Below are positions 12,325-23,665 of a stretch of 64,000 nt of DNA, piece by piece. Each line of letters begins with the position of its first letter. Position 1 is the first letter of the stretch. The stretch is from NCBI GenBank assembly GCA_002841275.1, contig PHET01000002.1, forward strand, positions 19,181 through 83,180, written 5' to 3'. The translations under genes and the position numbers were made by a program. Under the pieces are notes generated by a model. The model ran no database searches and was not told the origin of the DNA. It saw only the letters and a program-made list of their open reading frames with translations. Origin of the DNA: Actinobacteria bacterium HGW-Actinobacteria-7 (lineage in GTDB: Bacteria > Actinomycetota > Coriobacteriia > Anaerosomatales > PHET01).

Positions 12325-12928
12325 TGATGCTACCTGCCTCGCTCACGTACTTCTCTACGACCTTGAGATGATCCTCAGTCGAGAGTTCCGAGCCGATGAG
12401 CTTCCCGGCCACCGCGACTGAGATGCGAGCAACGGATGCCTGCAACTCTGCGATGGCCGCGTTCTTCTCGCCCACGATCGCCTCGCGCGCCTTTGTCAGC
12501 ATGGCGTCGTATTCGACCTGGGCCTTGGCGGTCGCTTCAGTGCGAGTCGCCTCAGCAGCCTGCTTGGCCTGCGCCAGAATGGTCGCCGACTCCTTGCGTG
12601 CCTCGGCCATCGTCTCCTTGTACTCAGCAAGCAGGCGCTCGGCCTCGACCTTGGCGGCCTCCGCCTTCTCAAGAGACTCGCGGATAGTGTCCGCGCGCTT
12701 CTCAAGCATGTCCGAGATCGCGGGCCATGCGAACTTGCTCAGAACCATGAACACGATGAAGAAGGCCAACACGGCGGGGATGAACTCCGCCATCTTGGGG
12801 ATGAGCGCCGACGCCCCTCCGCCGCCACCCTCGGCCTCTGCCTCTGCAGCGTACGCAGCGACAGCCGAGGCAGCGACGAAGGCTCCGCTGAGCCCCATCA
12901 GTGTGATGCTCTTTTTGAAAGCTTTCAC
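12314..12928 (-). CDS. atpF: ATP synthase F0 subunit b
   Basis: TM helix then KFAWPAISDMLEKRADTI and a long Ala/Glu/Lys coiled coil. Confidence 0.93.
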   Translation of the reverse strand: MKAFKKSITLMGLSGAFVAASAVAAYAAEAEAEGGGGGASALIPKMAEFIPAVLAFFIVFMVLSKFAWPAISDMLEKRADTIRESLEKAEAAKVEAERLLAEYKETMAEARKESATILAQAKQAAEATRTEATAKAQVEYDAMLTKAREAIVGEKNAAIAELQASVARISVAVAGKLIGSELSTEDHLKVVEKYVSEAGSINEN

Positions 12929-12968
12929 GGTGAAAGTACCTCCCTAAAGGTATGTGGGAGGTCGGCCC

Positions 12969-13184
12969 TTAGAGCTTGCCCTGGACAAGAATGCCAAGAA
13001 CGAAGCCGAGCAGCGCGAGTGCCTCAACGAAGGCGGCCGACAGGATGAAGACGGTGAAGATACGGCCAGCCATCTCGGGCTGACGCGCAGTGGACTCGGC
13101 GGCCTTGCCGCCGACCATGCCGATTGCGAGGGCCGGAGCGGTGACCGCGAGGCCGTACAGAAGACCAAAGCCGATGAACTCCAC
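12969..13184 (-). CDS. atpE: ATP synthase F0 subunit c
   Basis: 71 aa, two TM helices, RQPE loop, proton-binding Glu in FVEALAL; AAGGAGG RBS. Confidence 0.96.
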   Translation of the reverse strand: MEFIGFGLLYGLAVTAPALAIGMVGGKAAESTARQPEMAGRIFTVFILSAAFVEALALLGFVLGILVQGKL

Positions 13185-13270
13185 GATTCCTCCTTGTGTA
13201 CCGGACCCGGACTTTCCGGGCTCCTTACCAACCTATGCGAACACCGGGACCGACCCGGTGGACGTCCCTT

Positions 13271-14077
13271 CTAGTGCGCTTCCGCAGCGGCGCCAATATA
13301 GACCGCCGAGAGAAGCGTGAACACGTACGCCTGCACGAAGGCCACGAGGACCTCGAGCAGGTACAGTGCGGTCATGAGTGCGAGCCACCCGATGGAGGGC
13401 AGGGCGCCAACGACGCTACCGGCGCTCAGATGCTCGATCATCGGCTCGATGAACAGCGATGTGAGAATCGCGAAGATTCCAAGGATGATGTGGCCGGCGT
13501 ACATGTTGGCAAAGAGTCGTACTGCCAGCGTGAAGATGCGCAAGAAGGACGAGAACACCTCGATAACCCAGATTACCGGTGCGACAGCGAGCGGCACACC
13601 GTGGGGGACGAAGCTCTTCAAGTAGCCCAAGAACCCCTGGTTCTTGAAGCCGACGTAGTTGAAGTACGCAAAGACGGTCGTCGATAGCGCAACAGTCACA
13701 CCCATCGTTCCGGTGGATGGCTTGCAGCCGGGAATCAGACCGATGATGTTGCTGGTGAGAATGAAGAAGAACAGCGTGGCGAGGAATCCAAAGTACTTCT
13801 TGCTGCCATGGGGGATCATCCCTGCCGCGATGTCGTCACGCACGAACTGCGCGAGCGACTCGACCGCATTGGAGACCTTGCTGTCCGGCACCATCTTGAG
13901 GTTCTTCACGGCCACATACATGATGATCGCCAACACCGTGAGCGCCACACACATGAAGAAGATGTAGTTGCTCAGGACGAACTCAGTTGGCTTGTACTCC
14001 TGGCCATTGACGTTCAGCGTGCTCAGTGAGCGAAGAAGTAAGTCAACCTCTTCTGGGAGTTTCTTCAGAACCTCCAC
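13271..14077 (-). CDS. atpB: ATP synthase F0 subunit a
   Basis: LAVRLFANMYAGH (essential Arg), VQAYVFTLL. Confidence 0.96.
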   Translation of the reverse strand: MEVLKKLPEEVDLLLRSLSTLNVNGQEYKPTEFVLSNYIFFMCVALTVLAIIMYVAVKNLKMVPDSKVSNAVESLAQFVRDDIAAGMIPHGSKKYFGFLATLFFFILTSNIIGLIPGCKPSTGTMGVTVALSTTVFAYFNYVGFKNQGFLGYLKSFVPHGVPLAVAPVIWVIEVFSSFLRIFTLAVRLFANMYAGHIILGIFAILTSLFIEPMIEHLSAGSVVGALPSIGWLALMTALYLLEVLVAFVQAYVFTLLSAVYIGAAAEAH

Positions 14078-14080
14078 GCG

Positions 14081-14410
14081 CTAGCTCCTCGTCTCGTCGC
14101 TGTTCTTCGCGAGCCGCCGCAACATTACGACCGCGGCGACACCCAATCCGACTACGAACCCGCCGACCACCGACGAGCCGAACCACACAAATCCGTCTGC
14201 GGCCAGGTGACGATACCCGAAGAGAATCGCGCCCGCCACGATAAGTCCGCCCATTGACGAGACCATGGTGGCGACCAGGGCGAAATCCGCCTTCTCAGCG
14301 GTAGCGAAGCGGGAAGCCCAGAACAGCGGTGCGATGAGACCTGCGCCAACGATCACGCCGAGCATCACGGCGACCACGGGGACCGCCAGCAATTCGCGTA
14401 GCACAGTCAA
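14081..14410 (-). CDS. Small membrane protein at head of atp operon (AtpI-like)
   Basis: Three hydrophobic segments; 3 bp upstream of atpB. Identity inferred from position. Confidence 0.6.
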   Translation of the reverse strand: MTVLRELLAVPVVAVMLGVIVGAGLIAPLFWASRFATAEKADFALVATMVSSMGGLIVAGAILFGYRHLAADGFVWFGSSVVGGFVVGLGVAAVVMLRRLAKNSDETRS

Positions 14411-14495
14411 AGCCCCTGCGTCCCGTCCCCTACCTCAGCCGTTCAACCCTGTCTTGCGAGTCAGGTCGTTCGGTGCCGGCCGACAAACCGCGCAC

Positions 14496-14524
14496 ATCGT
14501 ACACGACCCCCCGCAGGCACACAA
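14496..14524 (-). promoter_or_regulatory. Putative sigma70-type promoter of atp operon
   Basis: Minus strand reads TTGTGT-17 nt-TACGAT, about 85 nt upstream of the first atp gene. Confidence 0.5.
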
Positions 14525-14571
14525 CCCGCCGCAGGCTCCACCCAAGCTCAGATAGCGGAACTGCAGGCCCC

Positions 14572-15663
14572 TCAGGCGTCGTCTTCGTCTTGACGATGGA
14601 CCGACTCGAACAGGCCCAACCAGTACGCCATGAAGGCCGTCACCGCCAGCAGCGCCATCAGCGCCGCAAACCGCATGTACCCAGGTGAGTAGCGTACTGC
14701 GTAGCCGCCCACGGCCAGCGCGGCCGACCATGCGTAGATGATCAGAACCGTCTGCCGTTGGTCGAAACCACGACCTAGGAGCCGATGGTGGATATGCCCC
14801 TTGTCGGCCTCTTGGATAGGGCGATTGTGTCTGAGCCGCCGCAAGATTGCCGACGCCGTGTCGAATATGGGCACCCCCAAGATGATGAGCGGCACTGCCA
14901 AAGCGATGGCGGCGGTCGTCTTCATCACGCCCAAGAGAGAGATTGTCGCCAGCGAGAAACCCAGGAACATCGCCCCTGAGTCGCCCATGAAGATGGAGGC
15001 CGGATGGAAGTTGTAGCGCAAGAACCCCAGGCAGGCCCCGATGAGCGCGGCCGCCAACGCCGCCGCGTCGAAGCGGTTGGCCGGCGCCGCAAGCGCCAGC
15101 AGGCTCATTGCCGCGATTCCGCTTACACCGGCAGCGAGCCCATCCAAGCCGTCGATCAGATTGATCACGTTGGCGAAGCCGACAAGATAGATGATCGTCA
15201 CCGGGATCGAGAGCAACCCGAGCATTACGAGGCCGCCCTGTACGGGATTACCCACGTAGTCGATTCGGAGCCCGGATGCGACGACAACGCCTGCGGCGGC
15301 AATCTGACCGAGCAACTTCGCCCCGGGGGTCAGGTTCACGAGGTCATCGATCAGTCCGACCACGAACATGAGCGTGACACCGCCCAAGACAAGCAGCAAC
15401 CGCGGATCGCCCTCAGCGCGGTGCAGCAGCACCTGATGCCACCCCAGACGCGCTTCGCCGAACACTTGGAAGGCCAACGCGGCGATCATGCCCGAGAAGA
15501 TCGCAACTCCGCCAACACGGGAGATGGGAGTCTGATGGACCTTTCGACCGCCGGGTGTGTCGACGAGCCCGAAGTGTTCCGAGACTCTGCGAACCAGCGG
15601 GGTTATGACAAGCGTGACGATCGCAGCAACCGAAACGAGAGCCAAGTAGTGCAGGATGCTCAC
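14572..15663 (-). CDS. Undecaprenyl-phosphate GlcNAc-1-phosphate transferase (WecA/TagO, MraY family)
   Basis: [41 protein letters not shown]; multiple TMs. Confidence 0.92.
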   Translation of the reverse strand: MSILHYLALVSVAAIVTLVITPLVRRVSEHFGLVDTPGGRKVHQTPISRVGGVAIFSGMIAALAFQVFGEARLGWHQVLLHRAEGDPRLLLVLGGVTLMFVVGLIDDLVNLTPGAKLLGQIAAAGVVVASGLRIDYVGNPVQGGLVMLGLLSIPVTIIYLVGFANVINLIDGLDGLAAGVSGIAAMSLLALAAPANRFDAAALAAALIGACLGFLRYNFHPASIFMGDSGAMFLGFSLATISLLGVMKTTAAIALAVPLIILGVPIFDTASAILRRLRHNRPIQEADKGHIHHRLLGRGFDQRQTVLIIYAWSAALAVGGYAVRYSPGYMRFAALMALLAVTAFMAYWLGLFESVHRQDEDDA

Positions 15664-16127
15664 GAGTCGGCCTGCCCAGAACTAGGCACGAACAGCCGTG
15701 GGACAAGGTTCGCCTCAGCCAGAAGCTCTTCAGAGAGCGGATCCGGGTACGGCTCGCGGTACACGATGTCAACGACGCCCGCATTGAGCAGGATCTTGGC
15801 ACACAGAACGCACGGCTGATGAGTGCAGTAGGCCGTGGAACCGTCCATCGCAATGCCGTGCTTGGCCGCCTGGATCACTGCATTCTGCTCGGCGTGGATG
15901 CCGCGACACAGTTCATGGTGGCTACCGGAAGGGATGTTGCGCTGCTCACGTAGGCAGCCGACCTCTTCGCAGTGAGCGAGCCCCTTGGGTACGCCGTTGT
16001 ATCCCGTGGCCAGTATCCGCTTGTCCTTGACGAGCACAGCGCCGGTCGCGCGACGCAGGCACGTGGAACGACCCGAGACCTGCTCTGCGATGGACATGAA
16101 GTAGTCGTCCCAAGACGGACGGGGCAT
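15660..16127 (-). CDS. dCMP deaminase (ComEB family)
   Basis: [31 protein letters not shown] zinc motifs. Confidence 0.93.
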   Translation of the reverse strand: MPRPSWDDYFMSIAEQVSGRSTCLRRATGAVLVKDKRILATGYNGVPKGLAHCEEVGCLREQRNIPSGSHHELCRGIHAEQNAVIQAAKHGIAMDGSTAYCTHQPCVLCAKILLNAGVVDIVYREPYPDPLSEELLAEANLVPRLFVPSSGQADS

Positions 16128-16140
16128 CGTCTCGCCCCCG

Positions 16141-16791
16141 CTACTTGGTGCCGAAAAGGCGGTCGCCTGCGTCACCAAGGCCGGGCACGATGTAGCCATG
16201 GTCATTGAGGTGGCTATCGACCGCACACGTGTAGATCTTGACATCCTCGCAGTTGCGAACGACTTCATCGATGCCTTCGGGCGCCGCGAGAATGACAAGC
16301 AGGTTGATCTGCCTGGCGCCCTTCTCACGAAGGAATTCCACCGCAGCGACCGCAGAGCCTCCTGTGGCGAGCATGGGGTCGACGATGAGAACGTCGCGCT
16401 CGGCGATGTCCTCCGGCAACTTGTGGTAATACGCCACGGGCTTCAGAGTCTCCGGGTCGCGATAGAGCCCGACATGGCCCACCTTGGCGGCCGGGATGAG
16501 CTCCAGGATTCCCTCGACCATGCCGAGGCCCGCGCGCAGAATGGGGACGACTGCTACCTTCTTGCCAGCGAGCACCTTCGTGGTGGTCTGTGTGATCGGG
16601 GTGGTAACGGTCGTCTCGGCAAGCTGGAAACTGCGTGTGGCCTCATACGCCTCGAGCATGGCGAGCTCCTTGATGAGCTCGCGAAACTCCTTCGCACCGG
16701 TGGCGACGTCGCGCAGAATCGAAAGTTTGTGCTGGACCAGCGGGTGGTCGACGATCACCACATTGCTGGGAAAGGTGCGCGACTCAGTCAT
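16141..16791 (-). CDS. upp: Uracil phosphoribosyltransferase
   Basis: [43 protein letters not shown]. Confidence 0.98.
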   Translation of the reverse strand: MTESRTFPSNVVIVDHPLVQHKLSILRDVATGAKEFRELIKELAMLEAYEATRSFQLAETTVTTPITQTTTKVLAGKKVAVVPILRAGLGMVEGILELIPAAKVGHVGLYRDPETLKPVAYYHKLPEDIAERDVLIVDPMLATGGSAVAAVEFLREKGARQINLLVILAAPEGIDEVVRNCEDVKIYTCAVDSHLNDHGYIVPGLGDAGDRLFGTK

Positions 16792-16821
16792 GGCAGGACT
16801 CCTCTCGTGCGGGCTGTTGTC

Positions 16822-18066
16822 CTAGAGTTCGGGGTAGAGCGGGTGCAGGCCCAGAAGGGTCTGAACCTGGGCGCGGATGTCATCGAGAACCGCCGCGTCA
16901 TCTCGCTTGAAGATCGTGGTCGCCAGAAGCCTGCCAACGGTCCTGGACTCCTCCTCGGTGAAGCCGCGCGTGGTCATCGCAGCCGAACCGACCCGGATGC
17001 CACTCGTGACGAACGGGCTCTCAGGATCGTTGGGAATCGAGTTCTTGTTGACAGTGAACCCGACCTCCTCGAGGAGCTTCTCGGCCTCTTTGCCGGTGAT
17101 CGACGCAGGACGCAGATCGACGAGCATCAAGTGATTGTCGGTGCCACCCGAGATCAAGCGCAGACCCTGCTCGACCATCGCCTCGCCCATCGCGCGGGCG
17201 TTGACGACGACCTGGTCGATATAGGTCTTGAACTCCGGCTGCATTGCTTCCTTGAACGCAACGGCCTTCGCCGCGATGATGTGCTCGAGAGGGCCGCCCT
17301 GCAGCCCGGGAAAGACAGCCTTATCGATTGCAGCGGCGTGCTCGGCCTTGCACAGGATGAACCCGGAGCGCGGCCCGCGCAGTGTCTTGTGTGAGGTCGA
17401 GGTGACGAAGTCGGCGTGCGGTACGGGATTGGGATGGGCACCGGTCGCCACGAGCCCGGCGATGTGCGCCATGTCCACCATGAAGTACGCGCCGACCTCC
17501 TTGGCGATTCCCGCGAAGCGCTCAAAATCGATGATTCTGGGATAGGCTGACGCACCAGCGATGATCATCTTGGGGCGGTGCTCTCGGGCGAGACGCTCGA
17601 CCTCGTCATAGTCGATCCGCTCATCGGCATCCAAGCCGTACGGGATCACCTTGAACCACTTGCCCGAATAGTTCACAGGGGATCCGTGGGTCAGATGCCC
17701 CCCGTGCGCGAGAGACATCCCCAGGACGGTGTCGCCGGGGTTGAGCATCGCATAGAACACCGCCATGTTGGCCTGTGCGCCGGCATGCGGCTGCACATTC
17801 GCGTGCTCGGCCCCGAAGATCGCCTTCACGCGGTCGCGGGCGATGTCCTCGATACGGTCCACGACCTCACATCCGCCGTAGTAGCGCTTGCCGGGCAGCC
17901 CCTCCGCATACTTGTTCGTGAGCACGGTGCCGGCCGCCTCAAGCACTGCAGGCGACACGAAGTTCTCTGAAGCAATGAGTTCGATAGTGGAACGCTGACG
18001 CGACAGCTCCGCATCGATGAGGGTGGCTATCTCAGGGTCCTGGGCCGGGATGAAACGAAGTGACAT
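16822..18066 (-). CDS. glyA: Serine hydroxymethyltransferase
   Basis: [32 protein letters not shown] (PLP lysine). Confidence 0.98.
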   Translation of the reverse strand: MSLRFIPAQDPEIATLIDAELSRQRSTIELIASENFVSPAVLEAAGTVLTNKYAEGLPGKRYYGGCEVVDRIEDIARDRVKAIFGAEHANVQPHAGAQANMAVFYAMLNPGDTVLGMSLAHGGHLTHGSPVNYSGKWFKVIPYGLDADERIDYDEVERLAREHRPKMIIAGASAYPRIIDFERFAGIAKEVGAYFMVDMAHIAGLVATGAHPNPVPHADFVTSTSHKTLRGPRSGFILCKAEHAAAIDKAVFPGLQGGPLEHIIAAKAVAFKEAMQPEFKTYIDQVVVNARAMGEAMVEQGLRLISGGTDNHLMLVDLRPASITGKEAEKLLEEVGFTVNKNSIPNDPESPFVTSGIRVGSAAMTTRGFTEEESRTVGRLLATTIFKRDDAAVLDDIRAQVQTLLGLHPLYPEL

Positions 18067-18128
18067 ATGTATCGGTTCCTTTCCTATCGGACATGATGAA
18101 GTCGCGTCGCACGGTATCTCGGTCGCCT

Positions 18129-18569
18129 CTACTCTTCGGCGCCGGTGATCTTCTCTACTCGGTTCTGGTGCCTGCCGCCCTCGAATGCGGTCTGGAGGAA
18201 TGCGTCCAAGATGTCCTGATTCACTTGAACCGGGACGAACCGTCCCGATACTGCGACGACGTTCGCATCGTTGTGCTGCCGAGCCAACCGGGCAAACTCA
18301 GGATCGGTGACGTTGGCTGCGCGCACGCCGTGGATCTTGTTCGCGGCAATCGCCATGCCCACACCCGTCCCGCAGACGAGCACTCCGAAATCGGCATCTC
18401 CCCCGGCGACCGCGCGGCCAACGGCTATAGCGTAGTCGGGGTAGTCGACGGACTCCTCCGCCGAGAAGGTTCCCAAGTCATCAACGACGATTCCTTGCTG
18501 CGCCAGGTAGTCCTTCAGGCGCATCTTCTGCTCGAAGCCGGCGTGGTCTGAACCAATAGCAACGCGCAT
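18129..18569 (-). CDS. rpiB: Ribose-5-phosphate isomerase B
   Basis: [30 protein letters not shown]. Confidence 0.96.
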   Translation of the reverse strand: MRVAIGSDHAGFEQKMRLKDYLAQQGIVVDDLGTFSAEESVDYPDYAIAVGRAVAGGDADFGVLVCGTGVGMAIAANKIHGVRAANVTDPEFARLARQHNDANVVAVSGRFVPVQVNQDILDAFLQTAFEGGRHQNRVEKITGAEE

Positions 18570-18720
18570 ATTCGCGTGAACCCCCTTGGCCGAGCGGTTG
18601 AAAGTGTGCCCGATTGTACCGCAACCACCCGCTGTCGGGGACGCCGTGCGACAAGCTCAGACAACGGGCGCGGGCGCCCGGCCCAGAACGGACCGGACGC
18701 CCGAATGTCACCTGGCACTG

Positions 18721-19371
18721 TCAGCTCTGGGCCGCGCCGCTCAGAGCGCTCGCCATGATCTGATCGGTGGGAACGGCGCCTTCGCGCACGACTTCGGGGG
18801 CATCGCCTGTGCACAGGACAACCGTCGAGGCCATCTGATGCTGGGTCTCGCCTCCATCGAGAACGATGTCTGCGGCAGTGATGATTCGCAGCTCGATCTC
18901 CTCATACGAGTTCGGCGCGTTGTTACCGTGCGTGTTCGCTGACGTCGCGAAGATCGGACCTCCGGCGGCCTGCAGCAGCTCGCGCACTACCTCGTGGTCG
19001 GGACTGCGCAGCCCGATCGTGCCGTCCTCGGCGCGGAAGTCGCGAGGGACCTTCTCGGACGCATTGACCACCAGCGTCACCGCTCCGGGCCAGAATGCCC
19101 TGGCGATGTTGTGGGCGTACTCGGGGACCGAGACGCCCCAGGTGTCGAGGGCGTCTTCCGTCTCAACGAGCAGGGGAATCGGTAGGTTCGCCGGACGCAC
19201 CTTCACCTCGAAGATCTCATGCGGGCCGAACTTCGAGTCAGCCAGCGCACCGAGACCGTATACCGTCTCGGTCGGAAAGACTGCAATCCCGCCGTCACGT
19301 AGCACTGTGGCGGCGAGATTGATCACTTCTGCTGAAGGATCATCCGAATCGATGTGATAGCACTTGGACAT
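18721..19371 (-). CDS. tsaC: L-threonylcarbamoyladenylate synthase (short TsaC/YrdC type)
   Basis: FPTETVYGL, KVRP, WPGAVT, TSANTHG, STVV. Confidence 0.92.
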   Translation of the reverse strand: MSKCYHIDSDDPSAEVINLAATVLRDGGIAVFPTETVYGLGALADSKFGPHEIFEVKVRPANLPIPLLVETEDALDTWGVSVPEYAHNIARAFWPGAVTLVVNASEKVPRDFRAEDGTIGLRSPDHEVVRELLQAAGGPIFATSANTHGNNAPNSYEEIELRIITAADIVLDGGETQHQMASTVVLCTGDAPEVVREGAVPTDQIMASALSGAAQS

Positions 19372-19408
19372 GCTGATCGCCTCCCGTTTTCCGCGTGTCT
19401 ACTCCGGA

Positions 19409-20284
19409 TCAGGGCCGCCCGGCAAAACGTGCCACGACAATCCTGTCGCGACCGGCTAGGTCGGAAACGACCCTTACCTCTTCATACCACTCTTGCGCCT
19501 CTTGCGCTGCGATTCGCACCATTCTTTCGTCGAGTTCAATGGCAATCACGCCACCCGGCTTGAGCCACGCACGTGCATCACCGATAAGGCGGCGGAAGAA
19601 GTCCAAGCCATCAGGACCGCCGTCCAACGCAAGATGAGGTTCGAAGCCAGCGACCTCGCGGGGGAGATCGGGCACGTCAGAGCTGGGAATGTAGGGCGGA
19701 TTCGATATCACCGCATCCAGCGTACCGAGCAGTTCAACCGGCAGCGCCTCGAACAGGTCGCCCACAGCAACCCCCACGCGATCAGCCAGACCGAGGCGCT
19801 GCGCGTTCTCGGCAGCCACATCGACGGCGACCTGCGAGATATCAGTGGCCCACACGCGGGCATCAGTCTTCTCCTGGGCAAGCGAAAGTGCAATGCACCC
19901 GGATCCCGTACAGATATCTGCGATGATAGGGGCACCCATACTGCCGAGCTCGACAAGCAGCTCGCCCACCAGGATTTCGGTTTCCGGTCGAGGTATGAGC
20001 ACTCCGGGCCGAACCTTGAGCACAAGGTGGCGGAAGGCGACTTCCCCGGTGACGTACTGGAGTGGCTCTCCCGCAGCGCGACGCCTCACAGACTCCCGAA
20101 GCACCGTCCGCTCCTCGGGCGCCAAGGGACGGTCGTGGTAGGCGTACAGCTCGAGCCGCGAGAGACCAGTTGCGGCCGAGAGCAACCACTCTGCGCTACG
20201 GCGCGGGTGCTCGTCGCTCCTTTCGGCGAGGAACTCCTGTGTCCAGTCGAGTGCCGCCTTGACCGTCCAGACTCGCTCGCTCAC
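19409..20284 (-). CDS. prmC: Release factor glutamine methyltransferase
   Basis: EPLQYV, LIPRPETE, DICTGSG, SNPPY, ALDGGPDGL. Confidence 0.95.
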   Translation of the reverse strand: MSERVWTVKAALDWTQEFLAERSDEHPRRSAEWLLSAATGLSRLELYAYHDRPLAPEERTVLRESVRRRAAGEPLQYVTGEVAFRHLVLKVRPGVLIPRPETEILVGELLVELGSMGAPIIADICTGSGCIALSLAQEKTDARVWATDISQVAVDVAAENAQRLGLADRVGVAVGDLFEALPVELLGTLDAVISNPPYIPSSDVPDLPREVAGFEPHLALDGGPDGLDFFRRLIGDARAWLKPGGVIAIELDERMVRIAAQEAQEWYEEVRVVSDLAGRDRIVVARFAGRP

Positions 20285-20307
20285 CGGCGCTCCCCTGCCA
20301 CGCTGAT

Positions 20308-21381
20308 CTAGCCTGCGGCGAATGCCGCGAGGCGCTCGGCCCGATCCGCGGCAGCAAGCCCCTCGATCAGCTCACCGATCTCGCCGGCCATGATCGCCGG
20401 CATGTTGTGGATGGTGAGCCCGATGCGATGGTCGGTCACGCGGTCCTGGGGGTAGTTGTAGGTGCGGATCTTCTCGGACCGATCGCCCGAGCCGATCTGG
20501 CTCCTGCGCTGCGCCCCCAACTCCGCCTGCTGCTTCTCCAACTCCACCTCGTAGAGCCTGGCTCTGAGCACACGCATGGCAGCTTCCTTGTTCTGGAGCT
20601 GCGACTTCTGGTTCTGAGACTGCACAACGGTATTGGTGGGGAGGTGCGTGATTCGAACGGCAGAGTCAGTGGTGTTCACCGACTGCCCGCCAGGCCCGCT
20701 TGAGCGGTACACGTCGATGCGCAGGTCGTTGGTATTGATCTGTACTTCGACGTCTTCGACCTCAGGCAGTACCGCAACCGTGGCTGTCGAAGTGTGGATA
20801 CGCCCCTGCGATTCGGTGACCGGTACGCGCTGCACGCGATGAACCCCAGACTCGAACTTCATCTTCGAGTAGACCTTGTTGCCCTTGATCCGGAACGAGA
20901 CCTCACGGAATCCTCCGGTGTCCCCCTCGGATGCATCGATCTCCTCGGGCTTCCATTTCTGTAGCTCGGCATAGCGCACGTACATGCGGTACAGATCGCC
21001 AGCGAAGATGGCCGCCTCGTCACCGCCAGCGCCCGCACGAATCTCGACGATGATGTCCTTGTCGTCGTTGGGGTCCGCAGGAAGCATCATCACGCGGAGT
21101 TCGTCTTCGAGTTGGGGGACGCGTGCCTCGAGCTCTTTGGCCTCTTCTGCCGCGAACTCCTTCATCTCCGGATCGTGCTCGGTCTTCAGAACCTCTTTGG
21201 CCTCGTCGAACTGCTGCATGACGCTCAGATACTCTCTCGCTTTGTCAGCGATCGGGGTCTGAGCACTCTGTTCACGAGCAAGTCGCGTGTACTCCTTCTG
21301 GTCAGCAAGTACCGCCGGGTCGCCCAGTCTCTGGGTCAACTCGTCGTAGGCAGTCAGGAGCTTCCTCAGCTTGTCGCGCAT
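20308..21381 (-). CDS. prfA: Peptide chain release factor 1
   Basis: GGQ motif ([10 protein letters not shown]), PVT anticodon-mimic, next to prmC. Confidence 0.98.
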   Translation of the reverse strand: MRDKLRKLLTAYDELTQRLGDPAVLADQKEYTRLAREQSAQTPIADKAREYLSVMQQFDEAKEVLKTEHDPEMKEFAAEEAKELEARVPQLEDELRVMMLPADPNDDKDIIVEIRAGAGGDEAAIFAGDLYRMYVRYAELQKWKPEEIDASEGDTGGFREVSFRIKGNKVYSKMKFESGVHRVQRVPVTESQGRIHTSTATVAVLPEVEDVEVQINTNDLRIDVYRSSGPGGQSVNTTDSAVRITHLPTNTVVQSQNQKSQLQNKEAAMRVLRARLYEVELEKQQAELGAQRRSQIGSGDRSEKIRTYNYPQDRVTDHRIGLTIHNMPAIMAGEIGELIEGLAAADRAERLAAFAAG

Positions 21382-21383
21382 GT

Positions 21384-22415
21384 CTAGACCACAGCTTCCG
21401 TAGTGGGAACACCTTCTGAATCCTCGGCCTCGAGCATGGCTATGGGCTCTCCACGCTCGCCGGCCTCCTCGGCAAGCTCCCGATCGATCACGAGCTGCGT
21501 TGCCACGACCGCGACCTCGACCATGTCGTCATCGGGCTCGCGAGTGGTCATGGCCTGCATCTGGAGTCCGGGCCACAACACGATCTTCACGATCGGGTTG
21601 TCCGAGTGGTTGCCAGCCCACTTGACGGTGACCTCGTAGGCGAGGCCTGCAACCAGAGGCATCAGGATGAGCCGAGAGACTATCAGTATCGCCAGCACGC
21701 CAAGGCGGCTCTCCCAGCCCAGCAGTGCAGCAATCGGCTTCACCGGCACCAGCGAGAACACGAGAATCGCGATGACCATGACCATCAACAGAAACGAGGT
21801 GCCACAGCGCATGTGCTTGGTGGTGAACTGCTGAATCACCGGCACCTCGAGGGGGAGACTGTGTTCGTACGCGTGGATGGTCTTGTGTTCGGCACCGTGA
21901 TACGCGAAGACGCGCTGTATCTCTCCCATCCGGCTGATCGCCCAGATGTAGAGGAAGAACGCGCCGACACGCAACACCCCATCAACGATGTTCCAGGCGA
22001 ACGGGTGGTCCTTCGCCGAAACCATCAGGTTGGTGAGGACGGCGGGCAGCACAATGAACAACCCTATCGCCAGCGCGAGCCCAAAGACAAGCGACAGCCC
22101 GATTTCCTTGCTGGACAGCTGCTCGTCTTCACTCTCGCCGGACATCGATGCTGATATCGAGAATGCCCGCATGGCGAGGGTCAGCGTTTCGACCAGCGCT
22201 ACAACCCCCCGGATGATTGGTTTGCGCATCCAGGCGTGCTTCTTGGCAGCCGAGCGCAGATCGTGCGCCTCAGAGTGTATCGAGCCGTCCGGGGTGCGGA
22301 CCGCAATAGCCCAATTGTACTTGCCGCGCATCATGATGCCCTCGAGAACCGCCTGGCCGCCGATGTGCGTATGGGTGATCGGTCCGTCCAAGCGCTCGAC
22401 TACGCTGTCGCTCAT
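21384..22415 (-). CDS. DUF1385 family membrane protein
   Basis: [31 protein letters not shown]; commonly found near prfA/rpmE. Confidence 0.88.
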   Translation of the reverse strand: MSDSVVERLDGPITHTHIGGQAVLEGIMMRGKYNWAIAVRTPDGSIHSEAHDLRSAAKKHAWMRKPIIRGVVALVETLTLAMRAFSISASMSGESEDEQLSSKEIGLSLVFGLALAIGLFIVLPAVLTNLMVSAKDHPFAWNIVDGVLRVGAFFLYIWAISRMGEIQRVFAYHGAEHKTIHAYEHSLPLEVPVIQQFTTKHMRCGTSFLLMVMVIAILVFSLVPVKPIAALLGWESRLGVLAILIVSRLILMPLVAGLAYEVTVKWAGNHSDNPIVKIVLWPGLQMQAMTTREPDDDMVEVAVVATQLVIDRELAEEAGERGEPIAMLEAEDSEGVPTTEAVV

Positions 22416-23101
22416 GAATCCTCCCGTTTGGGGGCACGCGGATAGGGGTCACCGCACGTCATCTTGCCCTCGCGGCACGGACCGCGCCGGCACGGGGCGC
22501 CGGCATCCATGAACACATACGGGGCGGTGGGCACTACCAAGTCGAGCATCTCGAGTGCGAGTGCACGGATTTCCCACTGTGCACGCTTGCAGCAACGCAC
22601 TTCGAAGAAGTGGAGCAACTCGCGTACGTTCATCGTTACGGCGATCTTCGTTTCGGTGGCATTGGGCAGCAGATAGCGAGCATCCTCGGCGCTGACTCCC
22701 GAATCGATGAGGTCACGATAGGCCGCAAACGCCGCCGTGTTGGCCGCGTCAAAACGTTCTTTGACCTTCGGATCCGCCGCGACAGCTGGCGGAACGATGA
22801 ACGCCGGCTCCTGGGCAAAGGACACATACCGCTGCGACTGCTGGTTGTAGCTCGCCAGCCGATGGCGCACCAACTGATGCGTGAGAGCGCGCGACACGCC
22901 ATCAATCGCGAACGTGTAGCTCGCGTGTTCGAGCGCCGAGAAGTGCCCGCTCGTCATGATCGTCTTGAGCACTTTGTGCACGGCGTCATCGCTCATGTGG
23001 TCCATGAGCTCGGCTGCCCCTACCGGCGCGTAGCACAGGCGGGCGGCAACGGCCATCGCTCGCTCAGGCTCGGGCGTGTGGTACAGCAGGCGGACGTCCA
23101 T
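22412..23101 (-). CDS. thyX: FAD-dependent thymidylate synthase
   Basis: GHFSALEH, HQLVRHRLASYNQQSQRY (RHRx7S), EDARYLLP, AQWEIR. Confidence 0.96.
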   Translation of the reverse strand: MDVRLLYHTPEPERAMAVAARLCYAPVGAAELMDHMSDDAVHKVLKTIMTSGHFSALEHASYTFAIDGVSRALTHQLVRHRLASYNQQSQRYVSFAQEPAFIVPPAVAADPKVKERFDAANTAAFAAYRDLIDSGVSAEDARYLLPNATETKIAVTMNVRELLHFFEVRCCKRAQWEIRALALEMLDLVVPTAPYVFMDAGAPCRRGPCREGKMTCGDPYPRAPKREDS

Positions 23102-23153
23102 GAGGCACTTCCTGACGTGAGAACGGCCGAACAACGGGCCTCGGCTACCCAGC

Positions 23154-23192
23154 AAAAGAGGGAGGCGCTTCGACTGGTCGAGGCGCCTCCCC
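23154..23192 (-). terminator. Intrinsic terminator after rpmE
   Basis: gggaggcgcttcgac/gtcgaggcgcctccc stem followed on the minus strand by CTCTTTT. Confidence 0.7.
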
Positions 23193-23224
23193 ATTCTAGT
23201 CGTGCGTGCGCTGCTAGCGCGAGT

Positions 23225-23665
23225 CTACTCGGCGCTCTCCTCGGCAGGGGCCTCAGCCTCGTCGGCGGTCTCGACGGCAGGAGCCGCTTCGACAACCTCG
23301 GCCTTGGCCTCATCGCGGGACACCTTGGTCTCGTACTGAGCTGCCTTGGCGGCCTTCTCGGCAGCCTTGGCCTCGCGCTCCTGCTTGGCCTGCATGGCGA
23401 CTTCTTCGCCGGCCTTGCGACGAGCTTCCTTCTCGGCAGCTTCCTTCTCCAGCGTGACAGCCGCGGCGTTGCCGAACTTGTCGCTGAAGCGCTGGACGCG
23501 TCCACCGGTGTCAACGAACTTCTGCTGACCGGTGAAGAACGGGTGGCACTGGTTGCACAGTTCTACGTGCAGCTCGCCGCCCGCGGTCGAGTGGGTCGCG
23601 AAACGGTTGCCGCATGAGCAGACGACCGTCGACTCCTTGTAATCAGGATGAATACCTTGCTTCAC
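23225..23665 (-). CDS. rpmE: 50S ribosomal protein L31 (Zn-binding type) with long charged C-terminal extension
   Basis: [12 protein letters not shown]...[19 protein letters not shown]; GGAGG RBS before GTG. Confidence 0.95.
   Translation of the reverse strand: MKQGIHPDYKESTVVCSCGNRFATHSTAGGELHVELCNQCHPFFTGQQKFVDTGGRVQRFSDKFGNAAAVTLEKEAAEKEARRKAGEEVAMQAKQEREAKAAEKAAKAAQYETKVSRDEAKAEVVEAAPAVETADEAEAPAEESAE

Noticed and set aside
12969-13184. Na+-coupled ATP synthase
   Set aside because: The c subunit lacks the Na+ signature (helix-1 Gln/Glu plus ES/T after the carboxylate); FVEALA indicates H+ coupling.
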